The position numbers were made by a program, and so were the translations under genes. The notes under the pieces are model-generated. The model made no database searches, was not told the DNA's origin, and was given only the letters and a program-made list of their open reading frames with translations. This document shows, piece after piece, positions 8,042 through 16,915 of a stretch of 32,000 bases of DNA (its first letter is position 1; each line of letters begins with the position of its first letter). The DNA is from Candidatus Saccharimonadota bacterium (GTDB taxonomy: Bacteria > Pseudomonadota > Gammaproteobacteria > Enterobacterales > Enterobacteriaceae): positions 60,001 to 92,000 of the forward strand of contig CP188087.1 of assembly GCA_049942775.1 (NCBI GenBank), written 5' to 3'.

Positions 8042-9021
8042 TACTTAATGGTGTAGAAAAAAGTGTTGTTTTATTAATGTCTATGAATTTAGAAAACTCA
8101 TCTAAGGTATTAAAACATTTAAGTTCTACTGAAATAAAGAAATTAGTTAGCGTTGTATGTTCTATGAAAAAAGTTACTTCTGAAGATATTGATGCAGTAT
8201 TCGAGGAGTTTAGTAATGATTTTTTAGAACAAAAAAATTCAATATCTAATATTATTAAAAATAATTTATTTAAAAATTTAGGAAATTTTTTTGGATGTCA
8301 AGAAACAGAACTTTTATTTAATGAAGAATCTGAAATTAGAAATATAGATAATTATTTAAAAGAACTAAATCTTCTTGTAGCTAATGAATTATTCTTTTTG
8401 ATTAAAAATGAACACTTGCAAGTTATTGCTATGATTTTTTTTCATATAAATAGAAATTTAGCTTTAGAAACTTTAAATATTTTTGATAATTCTACAAAAA
8501 TTGAAATTATTTTAAAAATTTCAAAAATTAAAATTATAAAAAGATGTACCAAAATTTTATTTTCTAGAACACTTCAAAAAATTCAAAAACGAAAACGAGA
8601 AATTTTTGGAGAAATATTAGGTATACGTGCAACTAATAATTTATTAGAATTAATGGAAAAAAATAAAAAAATAAATATTTTAAAGAAAATGAAGTTTTTA
8701 GATTTAATGACAGTAAGAAAAATTATTTGTTTTGGATTTAAATTTGAAGATATTATTGATTTAAAAGACCTTTATTTAAAAGTTTTAGTGAAGGAATTAA
8801 ATTTAAATAAATTAGTTAAAATTTTAAAAGTTTCTGATCGTAATATACAAGAGAAGTTTTTAAGAAATATGAATGAAACTGATATAAATAATTTTAGAAA
8901 GGAATATTCTAAAAAAATTTATTTTTCTAAGTTAGAAATAGAAAAAGAGAAGAATTTTGTAGTACATTTGATCAGAAATTTGTTAAGAATTGAAAAAATA
9001 TCGATTGATCCATTGGAATAA
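8038..9021 (+). CDS. fliG: Flagellar rotor/switch protein FliG
   Basis: The ORF is 327 aa (E. coli 331). Matches include GVEKSVVLLMSM, IKNEHLQVIAMIFFHI, LGIRATNNLLELM and an exact EKFLRNM motif at the same residue numbers as in E. coli. Confidence 0.92.
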   Translation: MILNGVEKSVVLLMSMNLENSSKVLKHLSSTEIKKLVSVVCSMKKVTSEDIDAVFEEFSNDFLEQKNSISNIIKNNLFKNLGNFFGCQETELLFNEESEIRNIDNYLKELNLLVANELFFLIKNEHLQVIAMIFFHINRNLALETLNIFDNSTKIEIILKISKIKIIKRCTKILFSRTLQKIQKRKREIFGEILGIRATNNLLELMEKNKKINILKKMKFLDLMTVRKIICFGFKFEDIIDLKDLYLKVLVKELNLNKLVKILKVSDRNIQEKFLRNMNETDINNFRKEYSKKIYFSKLEIEKEKNFVVHLIRNLLRIEKISIDPLE

Positions 9022-9025
9022 TTCT

Positions 9026-9763
9026 ATGTCTAGATTTGTATTATCTTCTAAAAAATGGAAAAAATGGTATCCAAATGACTTATCTATGGATGAAAAGAAA
9101 ATAAAAAATAAGTTATTTAAAAATAAAAAAATTATTAACGATTCTGAAGAGATAGTTAATACATCTTCTAACAAAAATTTTGGAAATATACATGATAATT
9201 CTGTTGTTAGTAATAACAGTAATAATTCTTTTAAGACGAAAAATTTTTTAAGAAATGACAATCAAAAAGAAGAAAAAATAGAAAAATTAAATATACAACT
9301 AATTCTAAAGAAAAAATTATCTATTTTTAAAAAAGAAAAAATAAAATTTTTTGAAAATATTGAAAATTTTTTAAAAGATTTAAAATTTTCTTTAGAGTCA
9401 TTAGAAGAAATAATGTCTGCTAAATTAGTTAAATTAATATTAAAAATTGTAAAGAAAATAGTTGGAGATACTATTTCTTCAGTTACTGAAGAGAAATTAA
9501 CATTAAATCTGAAAAAAAAATTGAATAAAGATTTTATGGTTTTTAAAAAATTAGAATTACATATTCATCCTGATAATAAATTATTAGCAGAAAATAATTT
9601 TAAAGACATTTTTTCAAATCATGGATGGAAAATAGTTGGAGACATTAATATAGACAAAGGAGGTTGTAGAATTTTTTTTTCTAACGGAGGTAAAATCGAT
9701 TCTTGTATAACTACTCGATGGGAAGAATTTTGTCAATTAATTGTTTTTAGAGATAAATATTAA
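9026..9763 (+). CDS. fliH: Flagellar export ATPase regulator FliH
   Basis: The ORF track starts at 8990, inside fliG. The ATG at 9026 gives MSRFVLSSKKWKKWYPNDL, matching E. coli MSDNLPWKTWTPDDL. The C-terminus HPDNKLL...HGWKIVGDINIDKGGCRI...ITTRWEEFCQL matches VHPDDLQ...HGWRLRGDPTLHPGGCKV...VATRWQELCRL. Confidence 0.87.
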   Translation: MSRFVLSSKKWKKWYPNDLSMDEKKIKNKLFKNKKIINDSEEIVNTSSNKNFGNIHDNSVVSNNSNNSFKTKNFLRNDNQKEEKIEKLNIQLILKKKLSIFKKEKIKFFENIENFLKDLKFSLESLEEIMSAKLVKLILKIVKKIVGDTISSVTEEKLTLNLKKKLNKDFMVFKKLELHIHPDNKLLAENNFKDIFSNHGWKIVGDINIDKGGCRIFFSNGGKIDSCITTRWEEFCQLIVFRDKY

Positions 9764-11151
9764 TGATAATAAAAGGAAGCAAAATATTTATTGATACGAT
9801 TGATTTTCTTGAACAACAAGTAAATAAAATTAATGATTCTATTTATTCAGGTTCAGTAGTCACTATTCAAGGACTAGTCTTATTGATTAGTGGTATCAAT
9901 TTACCAGTAGGTTCTCTTTGTTTTATTAAAAAAAGAAAAAAAAAATATCTTTATAGAAAAATTTTTGAAGTAATAGGATTTAAAAAGAATCTTATGTTTA
10001 TCATACCATTAGATGGTATAATTAGTGGGATTTGTCCAGGAGATCGAGTTTTTCCTATTATTTCAGAATCTAATAAAGAAAAAAATATCTTTTTAGAACA
10101 GAAGTTTCCAATTGGTGAAAATATGTTAGGTCGTGTTTTAGATAGCAGGGGGAATACTATTGATGGATTAGGAAGTTTTGTTCCTGATATGTATGATAGT
10201 ATTAGTAACTCTACAATTAACCCCATGTTTCGTAAACCTATAAATAGTATATTAGATGTTGGAATAAGATCTATAAATTCATTATTCACCATTGGATTAG
10301 GACAACGAATTGGATTATTTTCTACTTCAGGAATAGGTAAAAGTGTTTTATTAGGAATGATTACAAAATATTGTTCTTCTGACGTAGTTGTTATTGGTTT
10401 AATTGGAGAACGAAGTAGAGAAATTAAAGAGTTTATAGATAACGTTTTAGGTCCTTTTGGAATTGCCAAGTCTGTAATTATAGCAGAACCAGCAGGTGCA
10501 TCTCCTTTATTACGAATTCAAGGAGCTATGTTTGCAACTAGAATCGCTGAATATTTTAGGGATGCTAAAAAAAAGAACGTTTTATTAATTATTGATTCTT
10601 TAACTCGTTATGCAATGTCTTTACGAGAAATAGCATTATCAATGGGAGAATTACCTGTTTCTAAAGGTTATCCTGTTTCTGTTTTTTCTAAATTGTCGCA
10701 TTTATTAGAAAGAGCAGGAAATTCTTCTTTAGAATCAGGATCTATGAGTGCTATTTATACAGTGTTAACAGAAGAAGATGAAGGAAATGATCCAATAGCA
10801 GATATATCTAAATCTACTTTAGATGGACATTTAGTTCTTTCTAAAGAACAAGCGCAGTTAGGAATTTATCCAGCAATAGATATTGAATCTTCTATAAGTC
10901 GGGTTATGACAGGATTGGTTTCTGCTGAACATCATTCTTATATGTTACGTTTTAAACAATTGATGTCTGTTTATAAAAAGAACAAAGAATTAATAAATAT
11001 AGGAGCATATATATCTGGTACTAATTCTGTTATTGATGAATCTATTAGTAAATATGATAAGTTAAATAATTTTTTACAGCAGTCTATAAATATCAATGTT
11101 GATTTTTACAATTCAATTAGAGAATTGAAAAAAATATTTGTAAATAAGTAA
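9763..11151 (+). CDS. fliI: Flagellum-specific type III export ATPase FliI
   Basis: The ORF is 462 aa. It has Walker A GLFSTSGIGKSVLLGMI, Walker B VLLIIDSLTRYA and YPAIDIESSISR. The start overlaps the fliH stop (TAATG). Confidence 0.96.
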   Translation: MIIKGSKIFIDTIDFLEQQVNKINDSIYSGSVVTIQGLVLLISGINLPVGSLCFIKKRKKKYLYRKIFEVIGFKKNLMFIIPLDGIISGICPGDRVFPIISESNKEKNIFLEQKFPIGENMLGRVLDSRGNTIDGLGSFVPDMYDSISNSTINPMFRKPINSILDVGIRSINSLFTIGLGQRIGLFSTSGIGKSVLLGMITKYCSSDVVVIGLIGERSREIKEFIDNVLGPFGIAKSVIIAEPAGASPLLRIQGAMFATRIAEYFRDAKKKNVLLIIDSLTRYAMSLREIALSMGELPVSKGYPVSVFSKLSHLLERAGNSSLESGSMSAIYTVLTEEDEGNDPIADISKSTLDGHLVLSKEQAQLGIYPAIDIESSISRVMTGLVSAEHHSYMLRFKQLMSVYKKNKELINIGAYISGTNSVIDESISKYDKLNNFLQQSININVDFYNSIRELKKIFVNK

Positions 11152-11180
11152 GTTTTAATTCAACTATGGATTTTTGATAG

Positions 11181-11615
11181 ATGTTAAAAATAAATTTGTA
11201 TCCAATTTTAGAGAAAATAGAAAAGTTAAAATTACAAAAGATAATTTCTTTGCTTAAAGAGAAAAAAAATGTTATAGAAATTATTAAAAAAGAGAAATTA
11301 ATATTAATAAATTACAAAAATGAATATGTGAATAGTTTTAAATTAAAAAAAAATAAGGGGATTAATGAAATTGAATGGAAGAATTATGACTCTTTTTTAA
11401 ATTTAATAGATAAAAATATTATAGTTAAAGAAAAAATTTTCGAAGAAAAAGAAAAAGAGATAAAAAAAATTTTTTTTTCTTTTAAAAATAATTTTAAAAA
11501 AATGAATGTTTATAACTGTTTAAAAAGTATTGTATATAAACAAGAAAAAACGAAAGAACAATTTTTAAATCAAAGAATTTTAGATGAATTAATGATTCTT
11601 TTTTGTTTAAAATGA
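11181..11615 (+). CDS. fliJ: Flagellar export chaperone/stalk protein FliJ
   Basis: The ORF is 144 aa (E. coli 147). LILINYKNEYVNSF...GINEIEWKNYDSFLNLIDKNI aligns with E. coli LKMLIDYQNEYRNNL...[21 protein letters not shown]. Its position between fliI and fliK is conserved. Confidence 0.78.
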   Translation: MLKINLYPILEKIEKLKLQKIISLLKEKKNVIEIIKKEKLILINYKNEYVNSFKLKKNKGINEIEWKNYDSFLNLIDKNIIVKEKIFEEKEKEIKKIFFSFKNNFKKMNVYNCLKSIVYKQEKTKEQFLNQRILDELMILFCLK

Positions 11616-11630
11616 AGGATAATACATCAA

Positions 11631-12779
11631 ATGTTACTTAAAAATTTAGATAATTTTAATAAAATTAATAGTTTTAGAAAAAGAAAACGTTTGAGTTCTA
11701 TTTTTTATCCTAAAAATAAAAGATTTAAAAATATTTATAAAAATTTAAAAAATAAAAAATATTTAAAATTTGGAAATTTTTATAAGAATTTTATTTTTCC
11801 TGTTAATTGTGCATCTTTTTACAAAAACATAAATAATTTAAAATTAAATTTTTCATATAAATATAATAATAATTCAATTGATAAAATTAATAGATTAGAT
11901 TTTTGTCAAAAAAAAAATAATTGGACAAATAGTAGTTTAAATTTGTTAAAAAAAAAGTTTTTGTTAGATGTAAGAAGTAATATTTTTAATAAGTTAAATA
12001 TTAATAACAAATTTAAAGAATATCATTCCTGTAAAATTAAAAATTTTAAAAATTTTGAGATGTATAATTTTAATAATTTTTTTTTATTATCTAATAAAAT
12101 TAATGATAATTTATTATCATCATTAAATTATTTTGAAAAAATATTGAATAAAAAAATATTCATTTCCAATAAAAATGATTTTACAACATTGGAATTTGAC
12201 AAAAATAAAAGTCATAATAATGAAAAAAACATAGATGTTGATAAACAAAAAATTTTTTTTTGTTTAGTTGATCAAATAAATAACAAAAATAATTTTTTTT
12301 CGATTGTTATTTTTAAGAATTTTTTTTATGAAACAGAAGAATTTAAAACATTTTTTTTGGAACAAATATTAAACAATCTAAAAAAAAATAAAAAAAAAAA
12401 ATTAAAAGTTTTAATCATTTCTAGTAATCTAGAGAATATTTTAGTTGAGTTTAATATAAAAAGTAAAAAAATTTCGTTAAATCTTTTTTCTAATAGTTCA
12501 ATTTTATGCTCATTTTTGAAATCTTTTTTACCAGATTTAAAAAAACGATTAAAAAAAAATAAAATATTTATTGGTGAAGTAGAAATTTTTGAAAAGAATT
12601 TCTTCGATTGTTTTAAAATAGATATTAATAAAAATAAGAGTGTAAAACCTCTAAAAAATAATTTTTATAAAATTTTTGAAAACAAGTATTGTTCTGAAAA
12701 AAATACAAATTTTTTAAATTTAATTAAAAAATATCAGTATTCAAATGTTTTATTACATAAAAATGGAATTTATGTTTAG
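11631..12779 (+). CDS. fliK: Flagellar hook-length control protein FliK (highly divergent, Asn/Lys-rich)
   Basis: The ORF is 382 aa (E. coli about 375) at the syntenic position. Residues ~266-319, NLENILVEFNIKSKKISLNLFSNSSILCSFLKSFLPDLKKRLKKNKIFIGEVEI, align by eye with the FliK C-terminal switch domain [55 protein letters not shown]. The rest is not recognisably similar. Confidence 0.68.
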   Translation: MLLKNLDNFNKINSFRKRKRLSSIFYPKNKRFKNIYKNLKNKKYLKFGNFYKNFIFPVNCASFYKNINNLKLNFSYKYNNNSIDKINRLDFCQKKNNWTNSSLNLLKKKFLLDVRSNIFNKLNINNKFKEYHSCKIKNFKNFEMYNFNNFFLLSNKINDNLLSSLNYFEKILNKKIFISNKNDFTTLEFDKNKSHNNEKNIDVDKQKIFFCLVDQINNKNNFFSIVIFKNFFYETEEFKTFFLEQILNNLKKNKKKKLKVLIISSNLENILVEFNIKSKKISLNLFSNSSILCSFLKSFLPDLKKRLKKNKIFIGEVEIFEKNFFDCFKIDINKNKSVKPLKNNFYKIFENKYCSEKNTNFLNLIKKYQYSNVLLHKNGIYV

Positions 12780-12923
12780 TTTTTTGTAAGTATAGTATAG
12801 AAAAAACTTTTTATTGCTAATTTTAAAAGAAAATTTTTAATGTTTTATTATTTTTTTTAAAAAATTATTTAAAACTAAAAAAAAAGAGATATTAAATAGT
12901 AATTGCTTTTTAAGGAGTATGTA

Positions 12924-13895
12924 ATGGACGATATTATTAATGCTAAATCTAGTTTTAACAATTTTTCGATTTTAAATTCAATAAAAAAAAGAAGTGTTAA
13001 TGCATTTAATATTAGTGATGATGAAAATTTTATAAATATCAGAAAGAATTATGTGCTAAATAAAGAAATATGTATTTTTGATATTATTTCTAGTGTCTTT
13101 ATAAGTGTTTTTGAAAAGAAATTATGCAATTATTTTGAATTAGATAAGATCAATCTTTCTTTTAAAAAGAGTGAAATTGTTTTTTATTCTGATTTTTATT
13201 TAAAAAATTATAATTTTTTGCAATTCGATTTCTCTAGAATTTTTTCTTATTTTGATTGTTCATTTATTAACTTTTCACCAGAGTTTTTAACTATAATACT
13301 AGATTTATTGTTTGGTGGAGATGGTTATTATCCCTTTGACAAAATTGAAAAAAGAAGATTTACATCTAATGAGATTAGAATAATAAAAAAAATATATGAA
13401 CTAGCAATTCAATCTTATTGTATTGCTTGTAATAAACATTTTAAATTAAATTATAAAGCTATAAGTTTAAAAAATGATTTTATTAAAAAAAAAGAGCAAG
13501 TTCATTCTAATAATACTAAGTTAATAGTTTCAATTTTTGAAATAAAAATTAATAATATCAGATTAAGTTTTAATATCGGTATATTACTTTCTAAAATAGA
13601 TGAAATTAAACATGCAATTGTTAAAAACAAAAACTTAAATATCTTAAAAAATCAAGATAAAAATAAAAATTCTTTTGTTAAAAATTGCAATGATATAAAA
13701 ATTAATATAAAAGTTAAATTTAAAGATTTTTTTCTTCCTGTTTCTGAAGTTAATGAATTAAAAGTTGGTGATATTCTTTCTATTGAAGATCCAGAAATAG
13801 TTAAAGGATACTCTTTTGGAAAATTTTTACTTTCTGGAAAATATGGATTATCAAAAGGAAAACATGCAATTTTTATAAAAAAAATAAATAATTAA
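12924..13895 (+). CDS. fliM: Flagellar C-ring/switch protein FliM
   Basis: The ORF track starts at TTG 12903. The ATG at 12924 is preceded by AAGGAG (12912-12917). FSPEFLTIILDLLFGGDGYYPFDKIEKRRFTSNEIRIIKK matches E. coli FSPSLVFIAVDNLFGGDGRFPTKVEGREFTHTEQRVINR. The C-terminal SpoA-like segment is LKVGDILSIEDP. Confidence 0.9.
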   Translation: MDDIINAKSSFNNFSILNSIKKRSVNAFNISDDENFINIRKNYVLNKEICIFDIISSVFISVFEKKLCNYFELDKINLSFKKSEIVFYSDFYLKNYNFLQFDFSRIFSYFDCSFINFSPEFLTIILDLLFGGDGYYPFDKIEKRRFTSNEIRIIKKIYELAIQSYCIACNKHFKLNYKAISLKNDFIKKKEQVHSNNTKLIVSIFEIKINNIRLSFNIGILLSKIDEIKHAIVKNKNLNILKNQDKNKNSFVKNCNDIKINIKVKFKDFFLPVSEVNELKVGDILSIEDPEIVKGYSFGKFLLSGKYGLSKGKHAIFIKKINN

Positions 13896-13925
13896 ATTGA
13901 TTTTTTATTTTGAGGAGTAATTATT

Positions 13926-14351
13926 ATGAATAAAAATGAGAAAAATATTGTTGGTAGTCATATTTCTAATAAAAATAATTCAATTAAAACATTGAAAGAA
14001 AATTATTCAGATACTACTATCAGTAGTAATAGTAATAAAAATGAAAATTTTCAAATTAAAAATGAAACTATAAATAATGTTAATATAGAAAATAATAAAT
14101 TAACCTTAGTCGGTTCAATACCAATAAAACTTTCTGTAGAATTAGGAAATACAAAAATTTCTATTAAAGATTTTTTAAAATTGTCTACTGGTTCGATTTT
14201 ACCATTAGATAAAAAAGTAGAAAAACCATTGAATATTTATGTTAATGATTATTTAATAGCAAAAGGAGAAATTGTAATAATAGAAAGTAAGTATGGAATT
14301 AGAATTACTAAAATTTTATCTGTTAGAGACAAAGTTCATAAATTAGAATAA
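13926..14351 (+). CDS. fliN: Flagellar C-ring/switch protein FliN
   Basis: The ORF is 141 aa. IPIKLSVELGNTKISIKDFLKLSTGSILPLDK...PLNIYVNDYLIAKGEIVIIESKYGIRITKI matches E. coli IPVKLTVELGRTRMTIKELLRLTQGSVVALDG...[36 protein letters not shown] sits 8 nt upstream of the start. Confidence 0.93.
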   Translation: MNKNEKNIVGSHISNKNNSIKTLKENYSDTTISSNSNKNENFQIKNETINNVNIENNKLTLVGSIPIKLSVELGNTKISIKDFLKLSTGSILPLDKKVEKPLNIYVNDYLIAKGEIVIIESKYGIRITKILSVRDKVHKLE

Positions 14352-14610
14352 TGTATAGAAATAAAAAATAATTAACTTAATTGAAACCATTAATTTTATT
14401 TTACAAATATTTTTTATTGTAATAAAATTACTATTCTTAATTTATTTTTTTTTATAAACATTAATAAAATTTGATTATTTTTTATTAATTATATAAATTG
14501 AAATAATTAATCTAAAAAAAAATGACGATATTCTTTAGTTTTAAATAATGTATGATATTTTTTTTAAAATTAAAGTAGAATAAAACAACTTAATATCTTG
14601 GAAAAATACG

Positions 14611-15348
14611 ATGATTTATCAGATTGTTCCATTATTATTTTTAACTTTAATACCTCCTACAACATATGCAAAAAACATACCAGGATTAATAACTCAAAAT
14701 TTATCAAATGGAGAACAAATTTGGTCGTTTCCAATTGAAACTTTGTTTTTTATAACATCCTTAACTTTTATACCTGCAGTTTTATTAATGATGACTAGCT
14801 TTACAAGAATTATAATTGTTTTAGGATTTCTTCGTAGTGCTATTGGAACTCCTTATGCTCCATCTAATCAAATATTGTTAGGTTTATCTCTTTTTTTAAC
14901 TTTTTTTATTATGAGCCCTGTTTTTGAAAAATCTTATAAAGAATCTTATATTCCATATAGTGAAAATAAAATTTCTGCTGTTACTGCAATTCAAAATGGT
15001 TTTCAGCCATTTAAGAAATTTATGTTAAAACAAGTTCGTAGAAGTGACTTGGAATTATTTTGTAAATTATCTCATACTTCTTCCAATTTTCCTAATAAAG
15101 AACTCATACCAACTAAAATTTTGTTTCCTTCTTTTATTACAAGTGAATTGAAAACAGCATTTCAAATTGGATTTACTATTTTTATTCCATTTTTAATAAT
15201 TGATTTGGTTGTTTCTAGTATATTGATGTCGTTGGGAATGATGATGGTTCCTCCATCTAGCATTTCTTTACCTTTTAAGATTATGTTGTTTGTTTTAGTA
15301 GATGGGTGGGATTTACTTATTAGTTCTTTATCAAATAGTTTTTTTTAA
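14611..15348 (+). CDS. fliP: Flagellar type III export gate protein FliP
   Basis: The ORF is 245 aa, the same length as E. coli FliP. It has the signal-like N-terminus, the conserved [19 protein letters not shown] and MMMVPP motifs. Confidence 0.95.
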   Translation: MIYQIVPLLFLTLIPPTTYAKNIPGLITQNLSNGEQIWSFPIETLFFITSLTFIPAVLLMMTSFTRIIIVLGFLRSAIGTPYAPSNQILLGLSLFLTFFIMSPVFEKSYKESYIPYSENKISAVTAIQNGFQPFKKFMLKQVRRSDLELFCKLSHTSSNFPNKELIPTKILFPSFITSELKTAFQIGFTIFIPFLIIDLVVSSILMSLGMMMVPPSSISLPFKIMLFVLVDGWDLLISSLSNSFF

Positions 15349-15533
15349 TTTATTAAAAAAAACTATTAAAAATTGATTAATTGTTTTTCATTATGAATTA
15401 AATTAATTAATTAAATAAAAAAAATTTAATCAATTAGTTTTAACTAACTGTTTTTTTAAATAGTTTATATTTTTATTTTAAAAATTTTTATTTATTTCTA
15501 TATATAATATATAGAATAGTAGATGGAGTATTT

Positions 15534-15818
15534 ATGACTAGTACTGAATTAGTGACGTCAATGTTTAGTCAAGCTATGAAAACTTCATTGCTTTTGTCAG
15601 CTCCAGCACTGGTATCAGCATTGATTACTGGTTTGTTTGTTAGTATTTTTCAAGCATCAACTCAATTAAATGAACAAACTCTTTCATTTATACCTAAACT
15701 AATATCGGTAGTTGGATCTATTTTTATTTTTGGTCCATGGATGTTACATTTAATGATCAATTATATAAATACATTATTTATTAATTTACCTGCCATAGTA
15801 CATCAATGTTCAATTTAA
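15534..15818 (+). CDS. fliQ: Flagellar type III export gate protein FliQ
   Basis: The ORF is 94 aa. AMKTSLLLSAPALVSALITGLFVSIFQASTQLNEQTLSFIPKL...GPWML matches E. coli [43 protein letters not shown]...GPWML. Confidence 0.94.
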   Translation: MTSTELVTSMFSQAMKTSLLLSAPALVSALITGLFVSIFQASTQLNEQTLSFIPKLISVVGSIFIFGPWMLHLMINYINTLFINLPAIVHQCSI

Positions 15819-16570
15819 ACGGTATTGAATTATTACATTTTTTAGAAAATTTATTTTTTCCGTTTGTTCGCGTATTAACATTTATTTTAGCGGCTCCAAT
15901 TTTAGGAGAAACAATTGTTAGTAGTCGAATAAAAATTGTATTGTCTTTTTTAATTAGTTTTCTGGTTTTTCCATTTATACCAAAAATAGAATTTAATAAT
16001 TTTTCTTCTTCTGTAATTATTGTGGTATTACTTCAACAAATTTTAATAGGATGTTCTTTTGGATTTGTCATAAAATTAGCATTTGCTTCTTTAGAAATGG
16101 CAGGAGAAATAATTTCTTCTCAGATGGGTTTGTCTTTTACAAACTTTTTTGATGTTAGAAATAAAAATAATATTTCTTTAATTTCTCATTATTTAAGATT
16201 ATTAACTTATTTTTTATTTTTGTTGTTTAATGGACATTTATCAATAATCTTAATTATATGTAATAGTTTTTATGATTTTCCAATTAGTGACGTGTTATAT
16301 ATAAATCCTATCTTTTTTTTAGTTTTAGTAAATTATTCTGTTATAGTCTTTTTAAGTGCAATAAGATTTTCTTTTCCAATTTTTTTAACTTTATTAATTT
16401 TGAATTTTGTTTTAGCAATTTTAAATCGTATTTCTCCTCAAATTTCTATTTTTTCTATTGGATTTCCTATAACTTTACTAGTAGGAATGTTTCTCATTTA
16501 TACTTTAGTACCAATTTCAATTCTATTTTTTAAACGTTTATTTTTAGAGACATACGGTTATTTTACTTAG
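15806..16570 (+). CDS. fliR: Flagellar type III export gate protein FliR
   Basis: The ORF is 254 aa and polytopic. FPFVRVLTFILAAPILGE, QQILIGCSFGF, AGEIISSQMGLSF, LFNGHL and LNRISPQISIFSIGFPITL are colinear with E. coli FliR. It overlaps fliQ by 13 nt. Confidence 0.92.
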   Translation: MFNLNGIELLHFLENLFFPFVRVLTFILAAPILGETIVSSRIKIVLSFLISFLVFPFIPKIEFNNFSSSVIIVVLLQQILIGCSFGFVIKLAFASLEMAGEIISSQMGLSFTNFFDVRNKNNISLISHYLRLLTYFLFLLFNGHLSIILIICNSFYDFPISDVLYINPIFFLVLVNYSVIVFLSAIRFSFPIFLTLLILNFVLAILNRISPQISIFSIGFPITLLVGMFLIYTLVPISILFFKRLFLETYGYFT

Positions 16571-16654
16571 TTTTTTAGTATATTTTTTTTGAATTAGAAT
16601 TGGCAATGAAATCTTTTAGTAAAAAAATAAATTTATATTGTTTTTTAAAATAAA

Positions 16655-16694
16655 AATTACCAATTTACGTTCTATTAGAATGAAATTGGTAATT
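16655..16694. terminator. Hairpin between convergent fliR and rpmG (candidate bidirectional terminator)
   Basis: A perfect 12-bp stem, AATTACCAATTT (16655-16666) / AAATTGGTAATT (16683-16694), with a 16-nt loop. On the minus-strand transcript it is followed by UUUAUUUU. Confidence 0.45.
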
Positions 16695-16741
16695 GATTAA
16701 ATTAAAAATTTATTTTTTTAAATAACTTTTTTTAAAAAAAA

Positions 16742-16912
16742 CTATTTTTTTATTTTAGATTCTTTATAAAGGACATGTTTTCTTATTAATGGATCATATT
16801 TTTTTAGTTCTAATTTTCCCGTTGTATTTCTTTTATTTTTGGTAGTGGTGTAATAATGACCACTCCCAGATGAAGAAATTAATTTTATTTTTTCTCTTGA
16901 GCTTTTAGCCAT
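16742..16912 (-). CDS. rpmG: 50S ribosomal protein L33
   Basis: Too short for the ORF track. My translation is [57 protein letters not shown]. coli is [55 protein letters not shown]. The start lies 3 nt downstream of the rpmB stop. Confidence 0.94.
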   Translation of the reverse strand: MAKSSREKIKLISSSGSGHYYTTTKNKRNTTGKLELKKYDPLIRKHVLYKESKIKK

Positions 16913-16915
16913 TTC

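Noticed and set aside
9951-10469. 172-aa minus-strand ORF inside fliI, and a 181-aa minus-strand ORF at 31086-31631 inside hisG/hisD
   Set aside because: Both are antisense to strongly conserved genes (the FliI Walker motifs; HisG identical in length and termini to E. coli). They have no start context and no homology I recognise. Long antisense ORFs are expected opposite conserved, less AT-extreme coding DNA.
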